64,000 nt of DNA from Bacillus sp. (in: firmicutes) (GCA_011524525.1 WTKE01000112.1:4020-68019), one strand, 5' to 3'; positions 29,729 to 40,792 are shown, counted from the stretch's first letter. Numbers and translations are program-made. The notes: generated by a model not told the origin, from the letters alone.

Positions 29729-29971
29729 ACTCTGCCTCTTTTCGACATTCTTCAACTATAATAGACAAATAGTAACATAGGAAAAATGTACTATCAATAC
29801 GGTAGGAAGTGTGGAAAACGTATTTATTTTTTGGTAGATTTCTCTCTTCCCGAAATCTACCAAACGATAGTTTTGTCATCTTTCTTTACAATTCTCTTTC
29901 TATTTGTTAAAATTTTTTAATAATTTAAAACATTAACACCATTGGTTTTGATAGATTAGGAGGGAATTATT

Positions 29972-31645
29972 TTGGCAGAATTAAGAAGTAATATGATAAA
30001 AAAGGGATTTGATCGTGCACCACACCGAAGCCTTTTGCGTGCGGCTGGGGTAAAAGAAGAGGATTTTGGGAAGCCGTTTATCGCGGTAGTTAACTCCTAC
30101 ATCGATATCGTACCAGGACATGTGCATTTACAAGAATTTGGGAAAATTGTAAAAGATGCCATCCGTGAAGCAGGCGGTGTTCCATTTGAAATGAACACGA
30201 TCGGTGTAGATGACGGAATTGCTATGGGACATATCGGAATGCGCTACTCGCTTCCAAGCCGTGAAATCATTGCTGACTCAGTTGAAACAGTTGTGGCAGC
30301 ACACTGGTTTGATGGAATGGTTTGTATTCCAAACTGTGACAAAATCACACCAGGTATGTTGATGGCATCCCTTCGTTTAAATATCCCTACTGTTTTCGTA
30401 AGTGGTGGACCGATGAAGGCGGGAGTAACTAGCGATGGCAAAAAGATCTCACTTTCTTCTGTATTTGAAGGCGTAGGTGCATACCAAGCAGGAAAGCTCG
30501 ATGACAAGGGACTTTTAGAATTAGAACAGTTCGGTTGTCCAACATGTGGATCTTGTTCTGGTATGTTTACAGCTAACTCGATGAACTGTTTAGCTGAAGC
30601 TCTTGGATTGGCTCTTCCTGGTAATGGAACCATTTTAGCAGTAGCGCCTGAGCGTAGAGACTTTGTTAGAAAATCAGCGACTCAGTTAATGGAACTGATT
30701 GAAAAGGATATTAAGCCTCGTGATATCGTAACAGAAAAAGCGATTGACAATGCGTTCGCCCTTGATATGGCATTAGGCGGATCATCTAATACGGTTCTTC
30801 ACACATTAGCATTAGCTCATGAAGCAGAAATCGATTATCCAATCGGAAGAATCAACGAAGTAGCGGCACGTGTTCCTCACCTGTCTAAGCTTGCACCGGC
30901 TTCTGATGTATTTATTGAAGATTTGCATGAAGCGGGCGGAGTTTCTGCGGTTCTAAACGAACTGTCTAAGAAAGAAGGAGCCCTTCACTTAGATACATTA
31001 ACGGTTACAGGAAAAACACTTGGTGAAAATATTGCCGGCTGTGACGTTAAAAACTTTGATGTAATTCATTCGATTGATAACCCACATAGTGAAAAGGGTG
31101 GCCTAGCTGTATTGTTTGGTAACCTTGCTCCAGATGGTGCGATCATTAAAACAGGTGGAATTACTGGCGGAAATCGCCATGAAGGACCTGCGGTTGTATT
31201 TGATTCACAAGACGAAGCCCTTCACGGGATTGCAAATGGAAAAGTAAAAGAAGGCGACGTAGTTGTTATCCGTTACGAAGGACCTAAAGGTGGACCTGGT
31301 ATGCCTGAAATGCTAGCCCCTACATCTCAAATCATGGGTATGGGACTTGGCGCGAAGGTGGCTCTTGTAACAGATGGCCGCTTCTCTGGTGCTTCACGTG
31401 GATTGTCTATCGGTCACGCTTCACCAGAAGCTGCTGAAGGTGGACCACTTGCATTCATCCAAAATGGAGATAACATTGTGATCGATGTTGACGCTCGTTC
31501 AATTGACGTTGTTCTTTCTGATGAAGAATGGGCAGAGCGTAAAGCTAACTGGAAAGGCTTTGAACCAAAGGTGAAAAAGGGTTATCTTGCTCGTTATTCG
31601 AAGCTTGTAACATCTGCTAGCACCGGTGGAGTTATGAAAATCTAA
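29972..31645 (+). CDS. ilvD: Dihydroxy-acid dehydratase
   Basis: [34 protein letters not shown] and TDGRFSG motifs. Confidence 0.97.
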   Translation: MAELRSNMIKKGFDRAPHRSLLRAAGVKEEDFGKPFIAVVNSYIDIVPGHVHLQEFGKIVKDAIREAGGVPFEMNTIGVDDGIAMGHIGMRYSLPSREIIADSVETVVAAHWFDGMVCIPNCDKITPGMLMASLRLNIPTVFVSGGPMKAGVTSDGKKISLSSVFEGVGAYQAGKLDDKGLLELEQFGCPTCGSCSGMFTANSMNCLAEALGLALPGNGTILAVAPERRDFVRKSATQLMELIEKDIKPRDIVTEKAIDNAFALDMALGGSSNTVLHTLALAHEAEIDYPIGRINEVAARVPHLSKLAPASDVFIEDLHEAGGVSAVLNELSKKEGALHLDTLTVTGKTLGENIAGCDVKNFDVIHSIDNPHSEKGGLAVLFGNLAPDGAIIKTGGITGGNRHEGPAVVFDSQDEALHGIANGKVKEGDVVVIRYEGPKGGPGMPEMLAPTSQIMGMGLGAKVALVTDGRFSGASRGLSIGHASPEAAEGGPLAFIQNGDNIVIDVDARSIDVVLSDEEWAERKANWKGFEPKVKKGYLARYSKLVTSASTGGVMKI

Positions 31646-31655
31646 TACTATTTTC

Positions 31656-31689
31656 GACACCCATTCACGTTCTGCGAATGGGTGTTTTT
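31656..31689 (+). terminator. Intrinsic terminator of ilvD
   Basis: ACACCCATTC...GAATGGGTGT-TTTT. Confidence 0.8.
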
Positions 31690-31860
31690 GTATTTTCGTA
31701 TTTTTCGGTAAATGTACCCAATTGAAACTTTTTTATTCAATGTTCACAAAATGTTACCAACTATTATTATCAAATTTTAGTACCTAGTAATATATATCAC
31801 ATCATTCTCCCATGCTACATGCTAGAATCTAATGGAGATTAAAAGAAATGGGTGATAATC

Positions 31861-32823
31861 ATGAATTTTCCTCAGTTAAAAATCGGACATATGCTTCCGA
31901 AAGCTCCGATCATTCAAGGTGGCATGGGTGTTGGAATTTCCCTTAGCAAGCTTGCCTCTGCTGTTGCAAATGCAGGTGGAATTGGCATTATTTCGGGCAC
32001 AGGGATTTCCGTTGAAGAAATGAGAAACCATATTCGTCAAGCTAGAGCGCTTGTGAAGAAGGATGCAGGATATATTGGTGTAAATGTATTATTTGCAATG
32101 AATGACTTTGCAGAGAAGATGAAGGCGGCACTTGAAGAAAAGGTTGATTTTATTATTTCAGGTGCAGGGATTTCAAGGGATATGTATGCTTGGGGTAAGA
32201 AAGCAGGTATTCCCGTCCTCTCCATTGTTTCCTCAGCGAAGCTAGCGAAAATGTCAGAGCGCCTTGGTGCAGCGGCAGTTGTTGTTGAAGGAAATGAAGC
32301 AGGTGGACATCTTGGGACCGAACGTGCATTATTTGAAATTCTTCCTGAAGTGGTGGAGGCCGTATCAATCCCCGTTATCGCAGCAGGTGGAATCATGACA
32401 GGAGCAGACATTGCCAAAGCGTTCAGCATGGGAGCTTCTGGAGTACAAATGGGAACTAGGTTTGTTGCGAGTGAGGAATGTGACGCACCACTTTCCTTTA
32501 AGCAGAAATACGTCGAAGCGACGAAGGAAGATACTCTGCTCGTCAAAACGACAGTTGGTCTTCACGGTCGCGCGATTGCGAACCACTTTACAGACTTACT
32601 CACTACTTCTGAAAAGCTAAAAATTACGAAATGCAGAGATTGCTTGAAAAATTGCTCGTATCGCTTCTGTACCCTTGATTCCCTTTTAAAATCAATGGCG
32701 GGCGATGTTGAAAATGGACTTGTCTTTGCAGGAGCAAGAGTTCATGAGATTAAAGAAATTCTTCCTGTGAAAAAAATCTTTGAAAATCTAACAAACGAGT
32801 ATCGTCTAGCGATTAGCAAATAG
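31861..32823 (+). CDS. Nitronate monooxygenase/FabK-like flavin oxidoreductase
   Basis: PIIQGGMGVG, EAGGHLG, IAAGGI and GVQMGTRF motifs; C-terminal CxxCxxxC...C cluster. Confidence 0.85.
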   Translation: MNFPQLKIGHMLPKAPIIQGGMGVGISLSKLASAVANAGGIGIISGTGISVEEMRNHIRQARALVKKDAGYIGVNVLFAMNDFAEKMKAALEEKVDFIISGAGISRDMYAWGKKAGIPVLSIVSSAKLAKMSERLGAAAVVVEGNEAGGHLGTERALFEILPEVVEAVSIPVIAAGGIMTGADIAKAFSMGASGVQMGTRFVASEECDAPLSFKQKYVEATKEDTLLVKTTVGLHGRAIANHFTDLLTTSEKLKITKCRDCLKNCSYRFCTLDSLLKSMAGDVENGLVFAGARVHEIKEILPVKKIFENLTNEYRLAISK

Positions 32824-32824
32824 A

Positions 32825-32858
32825 AAACTCAGAGGGTTATAACCCTCTGAGTTTTTTT
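32825..32858 (+). terminator. Intrinsic terminator
   Basis: AAACTCAGAGGGTT-at-AACCCTCTGAGTTTTTT. Confidence 0.85.
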
Positions 32859-33047
32859 GCTGTATTTATCTGTCCACAGGGGTTGGTTTTTAGTGGATGG
32901 CTTTTGTTAATTAGCTTTGATAGGTGGGTTGGTTATCAATGGGACCTATTTTATTGGTTCGATGGAAACAACAGTCACATTGGTTACCCTTGGCTTGTGA
33001 TTTCTGCGTTCACGGGTATTAAACCTAGACTCCACTAATTATATTAT

Positions 33048-33577
33048 TTATGACAGATGCTCTTCCTTCTCCATCCCTTAGAGGTTATAACATTCACTTT
33101 ATAACTTCTACCCTTCCTTTTCCCTTGCCTCACACTTCATAACATTCACTTTATGACTTCTACCCTTCCTTTTCCCATCCCTTAGAGGTCATAACATTCA
33201 CTTTATGACTTCTACCCTTCCTTTTCCCTTGCCTCACACGTCATATCATTCGCTTTATGACTTCTACCCTTCCTTTTTCCATGACTCACACGTCATAACA
33301 TTCACTTTATGACGTCTACCCTTCCTTTTCCCTTGCCTCACACGTCATAACATTCGCTTTATGACTTCTACCCTTCCTTTTCCCTTGCCTCACACGTTAT
33401 AACATTCACTTTATGACGTCTACCCTTCCTTTTCCCTTGCCTCACACGTTATAACATTCGCTTTATGACTTCTACCCTTCCTTTTCCCTTGCCTCACACG
33501 TCATATCATTCACTTTATGACTTCTACCCTTCCTTTTTTCATGTGTTTCAGGTCATAAAAATCAAGTTATGACCTGA
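33048..33577. repeat. Tandem array of ~10 x 52-bp units, each with a GTCATAA-N8-TTATGAC palindrome
   Basis: CATTC(A/G)CT core at 33091, 33143, 33195, 33247, 33299, 33351, 33403, 33455 and 33507, plus a terminal variant at 33552. Confidence 0.95.
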
Positions 33578-33664
33578 GAACCTTCTTTTCTTTCCACAAG
33601 GTGCCATAAGTGCCAAACCAAATAAAAATGCCCCGACTGCTGTCGGAGCACACACTCTTTATTC

Positions 33665-36082
33665 TTAAAGCTTCACTCGCTGTAACCGTAATGCGTTTAA
33701 CACAACTGATACGGAGCTGAAGGCCATGGCTGCTCCCGCTAACCACGGAGCTAAGAAGCCAAGTGCGGCAATCGGAATGCCTAATGTGTTGTAGGCGAAT
33801 GCCCAGAATAGATTTTGCTTGATATTTGTGATCGTCTTTTTGCTCATAAAGATGGCGTCTGCAATGCTGTTTAAGTCCCCTCGGATAAGCGTAATGTCCG
33901 CTGCTTCCATGGCCACATCGGTACCTGTTCCAATCGCCATCCCGATATCAGCGATTGCCAATGCTGGAGCATCATTGATTCCATCGCCAACCATCGCCAC
34001 TTTCTTTCCAGCCGCCTGCAGTTTTTTCACTTCCTCGGCTTTTCCTTCTGGAAGCACTTCGGCAATGACGCGATCTACGCCTGCTTCTTTTGCAATTGCT
34101 TGAGCCGTTTGCTCATTGTCACCCGTAATCATGATGACTTCAAGTCCCATATCCTTCAAGCGTGCAATGGCAGATCGTGAGGTTTCTTTAATCGTATCAG
34201 CCACTGCAACAATACCAGCAAAAGCACCATCAACTGCTACTAGCATCGCTGTTTTCCCTTCTTTTTCAAAAGAAACCATATTTTCGAGAACGGATTCGGC
34301 CACATCAATTTCGTATTTCCTCATCAAACGACGAGTCCCGACTAACACATCTTTTCCAGCAACCAAAGCCTTAATTCCGAACCCAGGAATAGCTTCAAAC
34401 TGAGACACATCGACGAGCGCACTTCCCTTTTCCTTAATTCCTTCCACAATCGCTTGCGCAAGTGGATGCTCAGATTGCTTCTCAGCAGAACCGACCAACA
34501 TTAAGAATTCGTCTTCATTCATGGAAGTTACTACATCCGTTAATACCGGCTTTCCATTAGTGATCGTTCCCGTTTTATCAAGAATGACCGTTTGAATGCG
34601 GTGCGTCATTTCTAAGTGCTCTCCGCCTTTAAAAAGAATCCCGTATTCTGCTGCACGACCAGATCCTGCCATAATTGAAGTTGGAGTAGCGAGACCAAGC
34701 GCACAAGGACAAGCAATCACTAAAACGGCAATTAATTTTTCTAATGCTTCTGGGAAGTCCCCAGGTGCGACCCAGAAAATCCATACAAGGAATGTTACAA
34801 CGGCAATTCCGACTACGATCGGTACAAAAATACCTGAAATAGAATCCGCCAAGCGCTGAATCGGTGCCTTTGAACCTTGTGCTTCCTCTACGACCTTAAT
34901 GATTTGTGCAAGTGCTGTGTCCTTCCCGACTTTCGTTGCTTGCACCTTTAAAAATCCATTTTTATTCAGAGTGGCTCCAATGACCATATCACCAACTGTT
35001 TTATCAACTGGAACACTTTCACCTGTGAGCATGCTCTCATCAAGTGCGGACTGACCTTCTAAAATGACACCATCCACAGGAATCTTCTCCCCAGGCTTAA
35101 CCAGCAACACATCGCCAGCAATGACCTGCTCTAACGGAATTTCTACTTCCGCTCCATCACGAACAACAAGAGCTGTTTTTGCTTGAAGCCCCATGAGCTT
35201 TTTAATCGCCTCTGAAGATCGCCCTTTTGCTTTCACTTCGAACAATTTCCCTAATATGATTAACGTGATTAATACGGCACTTGTTTCAAAATACAATCCC
35301 ACTCCATGTGCGCTATGACCAATCGTACCAATGGCAATATACACACTGTAAAAATAAGCAGCTGAGGTACCCAGTGCAACAAGCACATCCATGTTGGCAC
35401 TTTTGTTTCGCAGTGCTTTATAGGCACCTACATAAAACTGCTTACCAATGAAAAATTGGACAGGTGTGGCTAAAGCCATTTGTACCCATGGATTCATGAA
35501 TGCTTCGGGAACATATAGAAAGGAGGTAAACGTAAAGTGCCCTGCCATTGCCCACAAAAGTGGGAGAGATAAGATCAAAGAGAAAATAAACTTTCTTTGC
35601 TGCTTCTCAATTTCCTTTAACCGATGATCGACTGTTTCCTTTTGATTTTCGTCGGATTTTACTGTTGCCCCATATCCAAGTTTTTCTACTTTTTGAACCA
35701 AATCCGTCACAGATACAGCCGCTGGATTGTATTCAACAGATGCTTTTTCTAGAGCAAGGTTCACGTTGGCACCGACCACACCATCAAGTTTGTTTAAGCC
35801 TTTCTCTATCCGTGTGGCACAAGCTGCACAGGTCATACCTGTCACGTTTAGCTCTGCTTTTTCAGAGATTACGTCATATCCAAGCGCACGAATTTTCTCT
35901 TGAATGTTAGCTGGTCCTGTTACAGCAGCATCAAACTTTACCGTCGCTTTTTCGAGAGCTAAATTTACATTTGCATCCGTGACTCCATCCATTTTTTTCA
36001 GACCTTTTTCAATGCGAGTAGAACACGCAGCACAAGTCATACCGGTAATTTGAAATTGGCTTTCTAGTACTTTTTCACTCAT
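33665..36082 (-). CDS. copA: Copper-exporting P1B-1 ATPase
   Basis: Two GMTCAAC HMA domains; TGES, CPC, DKTGT, SEHPL, YN and MAFSS motifs. Confidence 0.96.
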   Translation of the reverse strand: MSEKVLESQFQITGMTCAACSTRIEKGLKKMDGVTDANVNLALEKATVKFDAAVTGPANIQEKIRALGYDVISEKAELNVTGMTCAACATRIEKGLNKLDGVVGANVNLALEKASVEYNPAAVSVTDLVQKVEKLGYGATVKSDENQKETVDHRLKEIEKQQRKFIFSLILSLPLLWAMAGHFTFTSFLYVPEAFMNPWVQMALATPVQFFIGKQFYVGAYKALRNKSANMDVLVALGTSAAYFYSVYIAIGTIGHSAHGVGLYFETSAVLITLIILGKLFEVKAKGRSSEAIKKLMGLQAKTALVVRDGAEVEIPLEQVIAGDVLLVKPGEKIPVDGVILEGQSALDESMLTGESVPVDKTVGDMVIGATLNKNGFLKVQATKVGKDTALAQIIKVVEEAQGSKAPIQRLADSISGIFVPIVVGIAVVTFLVWIFWVAPGDFPEALEKLIAVLVIACPCALGLATPTSIMAGSGRAAEYGILFKGGEHLEMTHRIQTVILDKTGTITNGKPVLTDVVTSMNEDEFLMLVGSAEKQSEHPLAQAIVEGIKEKGSALVDVSQFEAIPGFGIKALVAGKDVLVGTRRLMRKYEIDVAESVLENMVSFEKEGKTAMLVAVDGAFAGIVAVADTIKETSRSAIARLKDMGLEVIMITGDNEQTAQAIAKEAGVDRVIAEVLPEGKAEEVKKLQAAGKKVAMVGDGINDAPALAIADIGMAIGTGTDVAMEAADITLIRGDLNSIADAIFMSKKTITNIKQNLFWAFAYNTLGIPIAALGFLAPWLAGAAMAFSSVSVVLNALRLQRVKL

Positions 36083-36096
36083 ATGAAAAACTCCTT

Positions 36097-36113
36097 ATAC
36101 CTATATAGGGTAT
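36097..36113. promoter_or_regulatory. CsoR operator before copA
   Basis: ATACCTATATAGGGTAT matches the TACC...GGTA CsoR-type inverted repeat. Confidence 0.75.
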
Positions 36114-36180
36114 ATTTTTTTGAAAAGAGAACGTGCTATTTCTAGCACGATATCTTTTTTGTCTAGCTCCGCTTTTCTAT

Positions 36181-36387
36181 TTACTTCACATCATAACCTT
36201 GGTCATCAATCGTTTCCTTAATTGAATCTAATGATACTTTGTCAGCATCAAACTCTACAGCAACGGACTTGTTTTCTAGGTCAACCTTAACAGTTGATAC
36301 TCCTGCTAATTCCCCAACGCTTCCTTCTACCGCTTTTACGCAGTGTCCGCATGACATACCTTCTACATGTAGTGTAACTTTTTCCAT
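36181..36387 (-). CDS. copZ: Copper chaperone
   Basis: GMSCGHC; ends DQGYDVK. Confidence 0.95.
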   Translation of the reverse strand: MEKVTLHVEGMSCGHCVKAVEGSVGELAGVSTVKVDLENKSVAVEFDADKVSLDSIKETIDDQGYDVK

Positions 36388-36399
36388 GATTAACACTCC

Positions 36400-36732
36400 T
36401 TATTTTTTCATTAATTTTTGTATGGTAACCAATACTTCATCTAGAACTTCCATGTCACCTTCTTGTAGTCGATCTACGACACAGCCCTTTAGATGGCCCT
36501 CAAGCAATATTTTCGCAACACTATTTAAAGCCGATTGGGTGGCAGAGATTTGTGTAATAACATCATCACAATAGGTGTCTTTTTCAATTAATCCCTTGAT
36601 TCCACGAATTTGGCCTTCAATGCGGTTTAGTCGTGTGACAAGATTGCTTTTCACTTTATCTGAATGGTGACTTTTCCGATCACTGCTATGGCAGTTTTCC
36701 TCTTCATGTAGCAAAGAATCATCTGGATTCAT
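36400..36732 (-). CDS. csoR: Copper-sensing repressor
   Basis: RLNRIEGQIRGI, YCDD and HLKGC (C-H-C ligands). Confidence 0.93.
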   Translation of the reverse strand: MNPDDSLLHEEENCHSSDRKSHHSDKVKSNLVTRLNRIEGQIRGIKGLIEKDTYCDDVITQISATQSALNSVAKILLEGHLKGCVVDRLQEGDMEVLDEVLVTIQKLMKK

Positions 36733-36763
36733 ATGACCCCCTCCTTTTATGTTTTTATAATAG

Positions 36764-36782
36764 CATACCCCTGTATAGTATG
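36764..36782. promoter_or_regulatory. CsoR operator upstream of csoR
   Basis: CATACCCCTGTATAGTATG, next to a minus-strand TATAAA/TATTAT -10 region. Confidence 0.7.
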
Positions 36783-36860
36783 TAAACCAAAATTTAAAGA
36801 AATTTATGGATAATTTTTGAACATATATTCTATATGAAAAAGGCTCCCCAAAAGGAAGCC

Positions 36861-38999
36861 CTATGATTCATCTTTCACTCGAAGTAATCGTAGGCTGTTC
36901 AGTGTCACAATTAATGTGGCTCCCATATCTGCAAAGATGGCAATCCATAATGTAAGCCAACCTGGAACGACTAATAATAGTGCCAACAGCTTTATACCAA
37001 GTGAAAAAGTGATATTTTGTTTAATAATATTTAATGCTTTTCTACTCAACTTTACAGTGTACGGAAGCTTTCTTAAATCATCAGCCATAAGCGCTATATC
37101 CGCTGTTTCAAGGGCAGTATCCGTTCCTGCTCCCCCCATCGCAATGCCAACGGTAGACGCTGCTAAGGCAGGTGCATCATTCACCCCATCACCGACCATA
37201 GCAACTCTCTGGTAAGTGGCGCGTAATTCTTTAATGTATGAAAGCTTTTCTTGCGGAAGAAGATTCGCTTTTACCTCGTTTACTCCTGCCTTCTGTCCAA
37301 TCGCCTTGGCCGTACCGTCATTGTCTCCTGTAAGCATAATGGTCTTTTGCAGTCCGAGTGAGTGAAGCTGTTTTACCACGTCTCTTGTTTCTTCTCGAAT
37401 CTCATCGGCCACTCCCACTAACGCAAGGAATTGTTGGGTCGAACAAACAGCCATCACGGTCTTTCCTTGTTCCTGAAGCCTATTAATTTTTTCACGATAG
37501 ACTGCTGCCAAGCCACCCTTAAGTTGTTCATGAATAAAACTTGGACTTCCCACATAATACTCCGTACCTTCAATTTTCCCAACAATCCCTTTTCCAGTTA
37601 CAGAGGTAAATTCCTCAATTTGTAAATGGTCGTAATTCAATTCCCATTGATCTGCCTTTTTTAAAATAGCAGAGGCAAGTGGATGCTGAGAGACCTTCTC
37701 TAGGGCGGATATAAGAGCAAATGTCTCGTTGGCAGGAATGGCCAGAGCGGTTTCATAGTCGGTGACTACCGGAATTCCCTTAGTTAATGTGCCGGTTTTA
37801 TCAAATGCAATCGCCTTAATGGCTCCCATTTCCTCTAAATGAATGCCACCTTTGATTAATACGCCTCTTTTCGCAGCATTTCCAATCGCTGTTACGATTG
37901 CAACAGGTGTGGAAATAACGAGAGCACATGGACAACCAACCACTAACACAGCCAAACCTTGATAGACCCACTCATTCCAATCAGCGCCGAACAATAACGG
38001 CGGGACAACTCCAACTCCAAGAGCGAATAGCATAATGAGTGGTGTGTAATACTTTGCAAAGCGGTCAACAAATGCCTGTGATGGTGCTCTTTCCGCTTGC
38101 GCTTCTTCAACCAAATGGATGATTTTCGCAATCGTCGTATCTTCCACATGCTTTGTCACCTTTACCTCAAGGAAGCCTTCTTCATTCAGAGTCCCGGCGT
38201 AAACTTCGTCGTTCACTCCCTTTGCAACAGGTACGGACTCTCCAGTAATGGCTGCCTGATTGATGGATGACATGCCTTTTACGATGATGCCATCCATCGC
38301 TAATTTTTGGCCAGGCTTTACAAGCAGAACATCATTAATTTGGATGTCTGCTACGTCAATGACCATCTCTTGAAACCCACGACGTATTATGGCTTCTTTC
38401 GGAGCGATATCCATAAGAGAGCGAATCGATTGGCGAGCTTTATCCATTGAATACGATTCAAGTACTTCACTAATCGCAAACAAGATCACAACGGTTGCCC
38501 CTTCGCCCCATTCACCGATTATCGCAGCTCCAATTACGGCTATGGTCATGAGTGTTTTCATATCAAACTCTAGGCGGAATAGATTTTTGAAGCCTGTCCG
38601 GAACAGGCGGTAACCTCCTAAAATCATGGAAGATGCATAAGCTACCATCGAAAAAAGTGATTCTTCTCCACGGATCTCACCAGTAATCCATCCTATAAGC
38701 AAAAGCACAAAGGAACCAAGAACCATTGCATACTTTTGAAAAAACGGCTCTTTCACTTCTTGAATTCGAGCCTTTTCGGGTTGAACCTTAATACCGTCAA
38801 ATGCACCGGCTTTTTCAATTTCTTCTAGCGTCGCTTCACCAAACACGGTCAGTTTAGCAGCACCAAAGTTTATATTTGCATCCAAAACACCATCCAGGTG
38901 CTTTACGTTCGTTTCGAACTTTTTGGCACAGCTGGCTCAAGAAAGCCCTTGAACGCGGTACACTTGCTTACTATTCATCATTGCAATTGACTTATCCAC
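36861..38999 (-). CDS. cadA: Cd/Zn/Pb-exporting P1B-2 ATPase with an in-frame TGA at codon 21 (recoded, or a nonsense allele)
   Basis: GTG 38999 with AAGGAGGTG SD, overlapping the cadC stop; [48 protein letters not shown] continues in frame into the 674-aa ORF with CPC, DKTGT, HP, K and DMG motifs. Confidence 0.9.
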
Positions 39000-39360
39000 G
39001 TAATGCCACCTCCTTTTGATGGGTAAAGGCGATGTTAACAAGTTGTTTCACATGCTCATCGTCTAAGGAATAGTAGACCAGTTTTCCTTCTTTTCGATAG
39101 GTGGCAAGACCAAGATTTCGAAGGAGACGAAGATGGTGCGAAGCAGTAGCAACCGTGCAGCCAACAATGTTAGCCACATCGCATACGCAAAGCTCCTCTT
39201 CTACACTTAACGAATAAGCTATTTTCACACGTGTGTCATCTGCTAAAGCTTTAAAAAGCTTCGACACCTCCATCGTATTTTGCATACTAAGCTCATTTTT
39301 TACTTTCGTAACCTTCTCCCCATCAAAACAGGTGACCTCACATACATCCTCTTTCACCAT
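38992..39360 (-). CDS. cadC: ArsR/SmtB family Cd-sensing repressor
   Basis: N-terminal CEVTC; ELCVCD; start ATG 39360. Confidence 0.92.
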   Translation of the reverse strand: MVKEDVCEVTCFDGEKVTKVKNELSMQNTMEVSKLFKALADDTRVKIAYSLSVEEELCVCDVANIVGCTVATASHHLRLLRNLGLATYRKEGKLVYYSLDDEHVKQLVNIAFTHQKEVALRG

Positions 39361-39376
39361 TGCACTTCCCCATTTC

Positions 39377-39396
39377 ATTCAAACATTCTTTTGAAT
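39377..39396. promoter_or_regulatory. CadC operator
   Basis: ATTCAAA-N6-TTTGAAT inverted repeat next to a minus-strand TATAAT. Confidence 0.8.
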
Positions 39397-39472
39397 ATTA
39401 TATCATATAGAATGAAATGATATTTGTGACAAAGATAGAAAAAAGAGGACAATTTTGTTGTCCCCTTGCCTA

Positions 39473-40792
39473 TTAATCCGTTGTAGGTTTTTTTCGAAAG
39501 AAGATTTCAGGCTCAAAACGATGTAGTGGATGTGTTCGATTCTGAGCTGGTTCTGCCGAAATCCTAGGAGCCACCTCTGGCCTGCGCGGATCCTGTGCCG
39601 CCCTTGTTAATGACTTGGTTAATGGGCCCCACTTTCTTAACATCATCACAAGAAAAAAGATAACAAGTCCGGTAATTGCAAAGACGAACGAAGGAGAGGC
39701 ATTGTTCACACCGCCTGCATCTAACAGGCGGCCACCTACTGTTTTTCCTCCCGCTTCCCCTAATCCATACACCACATTTGATAACGCAAAGAATAAACTG
39801 ATCAGCTCTGGTTTGGAAAGCTGAGAAATCGTGCTATCTACCGTGGGTAAAATCATCATTTCACCAACAACAAAGATAGCACCACTTACAATAAATAGGA
39901 AAAATCCGTTTGAGAAAAATAACGAAGATATTCCTACCGTAATAAATAATACGCCTACTCCCAGTGCCGAGATCGGATTCATTTTAGTAATAAACCGTTT
40001 GGTTATGAAGCCTTGCAGGGTGATAACGATAAAACTGTTGATCGTCCATATTAATGAGATATTTTTCGGGTTATCCAACACGACTGTTGCTCGCAGTGGC
40101 AGTGCAAGTGAAAACTGTGCATACAGTGCCCAGATCAGGACGGTTACCACACTAAAAATGATAAATGGTCGATGCTTTAATGCTTCCCCATATGCCCCTA
40201 ATGGCAGTGATGGACATGGGATGTCGCCGCAATTTTTCGGAAGTAAGAGCCAACTCACTAAAGCCAGGCCTACATAAATAGCAGCTGCAATAAAGAAGAT
40301 GGTTCTTGAGGCTTCAGCTAAAAGAAAAAAAATCACAAGGCCACTTATACCTGTCCCCACATTGGCCGCAATCCCACGAAGAGAAAAAGCAGTTGTTTGA
40401 TTTCCGCTTGAAGAAGCAAATGCCGCAATCGCTGCCTTCGTGGAGGGAGCATTCAATCCATTCCCAAGACCCATGATAGCCGCTGAAAACAGAAGAAACA
40501 GGTGATCGGTAAATATGCCAAAGCTCATTACTCCACCGGCCGTAATCAAAGCACCCAAGCCGATGATAAAACGTCGCCCTATTCGGTCCGCAAGTACCCC
40601 TCCTGTAATACTTCCGAATTGAAAAGCAATAGCTATCGTTGCTAAGATTGTCCCAATCTGTACCAAGGTTAATTCTGTTTCAGTTGTTAGTATGATAGGA
40701 AGCATCGGCATGACAAGATAGGACCCTAGATGAGCAAGCAATACTCCTAGCAGAAGAATTTGCAACGGACGATCAAGTTTTCGGTATTCCAT
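39473..40792 (-). CDS. MFS transporter
   Basis: GVLADRIGRR motif A; about 12 TM segments. Confidence 0.88.
   Translation of the reverse strand: MEYRKLDRPLQILLLGVLLAHLGSYLVMPMLPIILTTETELTLVQIGTILATIAIAFQFGSITGGVLADRIGRRFIIGLGALITAGGVMSFGIFTDHLFLLFSAAIMGLGNGLNAPSTKAAIAAFASSSGNQTTAFSLRGIAANVGTGISGLVIFFLLAEASRTIFFIAAAIYVGLALVSWLLLPKNCGDIPCPSLPLGAYGEALKHRPFIIFSVVTVLIWALYAQFSLALPLRATVVLDNPKNISLIWTINSFIVITLQGFITKRFITKMNPISALGVGVLFITVGISSLFFSNGFFLFIVSGAIFVVGEMMILPTVDSTISQLSKPELISLFFALSNVVYGLGEAGGKTVGGRLLDAGGVNNASPSFVFAITGLVIFFLVMMLRKWGPLTKSLTRAAQDPRRPEVAPRISAEPAQNRTHPLHRFEPEIFFRKKPTTD

Noticed and set aside
33048-33577. CRISPR array
   Set aside because: The sequences between the palindromes are near-identical rather than unique spacers, and there are no cas genes or leader.
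36861-38885. cadA starting at TTG 38885 as given in the ORF track
   Set aside because: The start falls inside the HMA domain and has no properly spaced SD; homology continues upstream through the TGA to GTG 38999.
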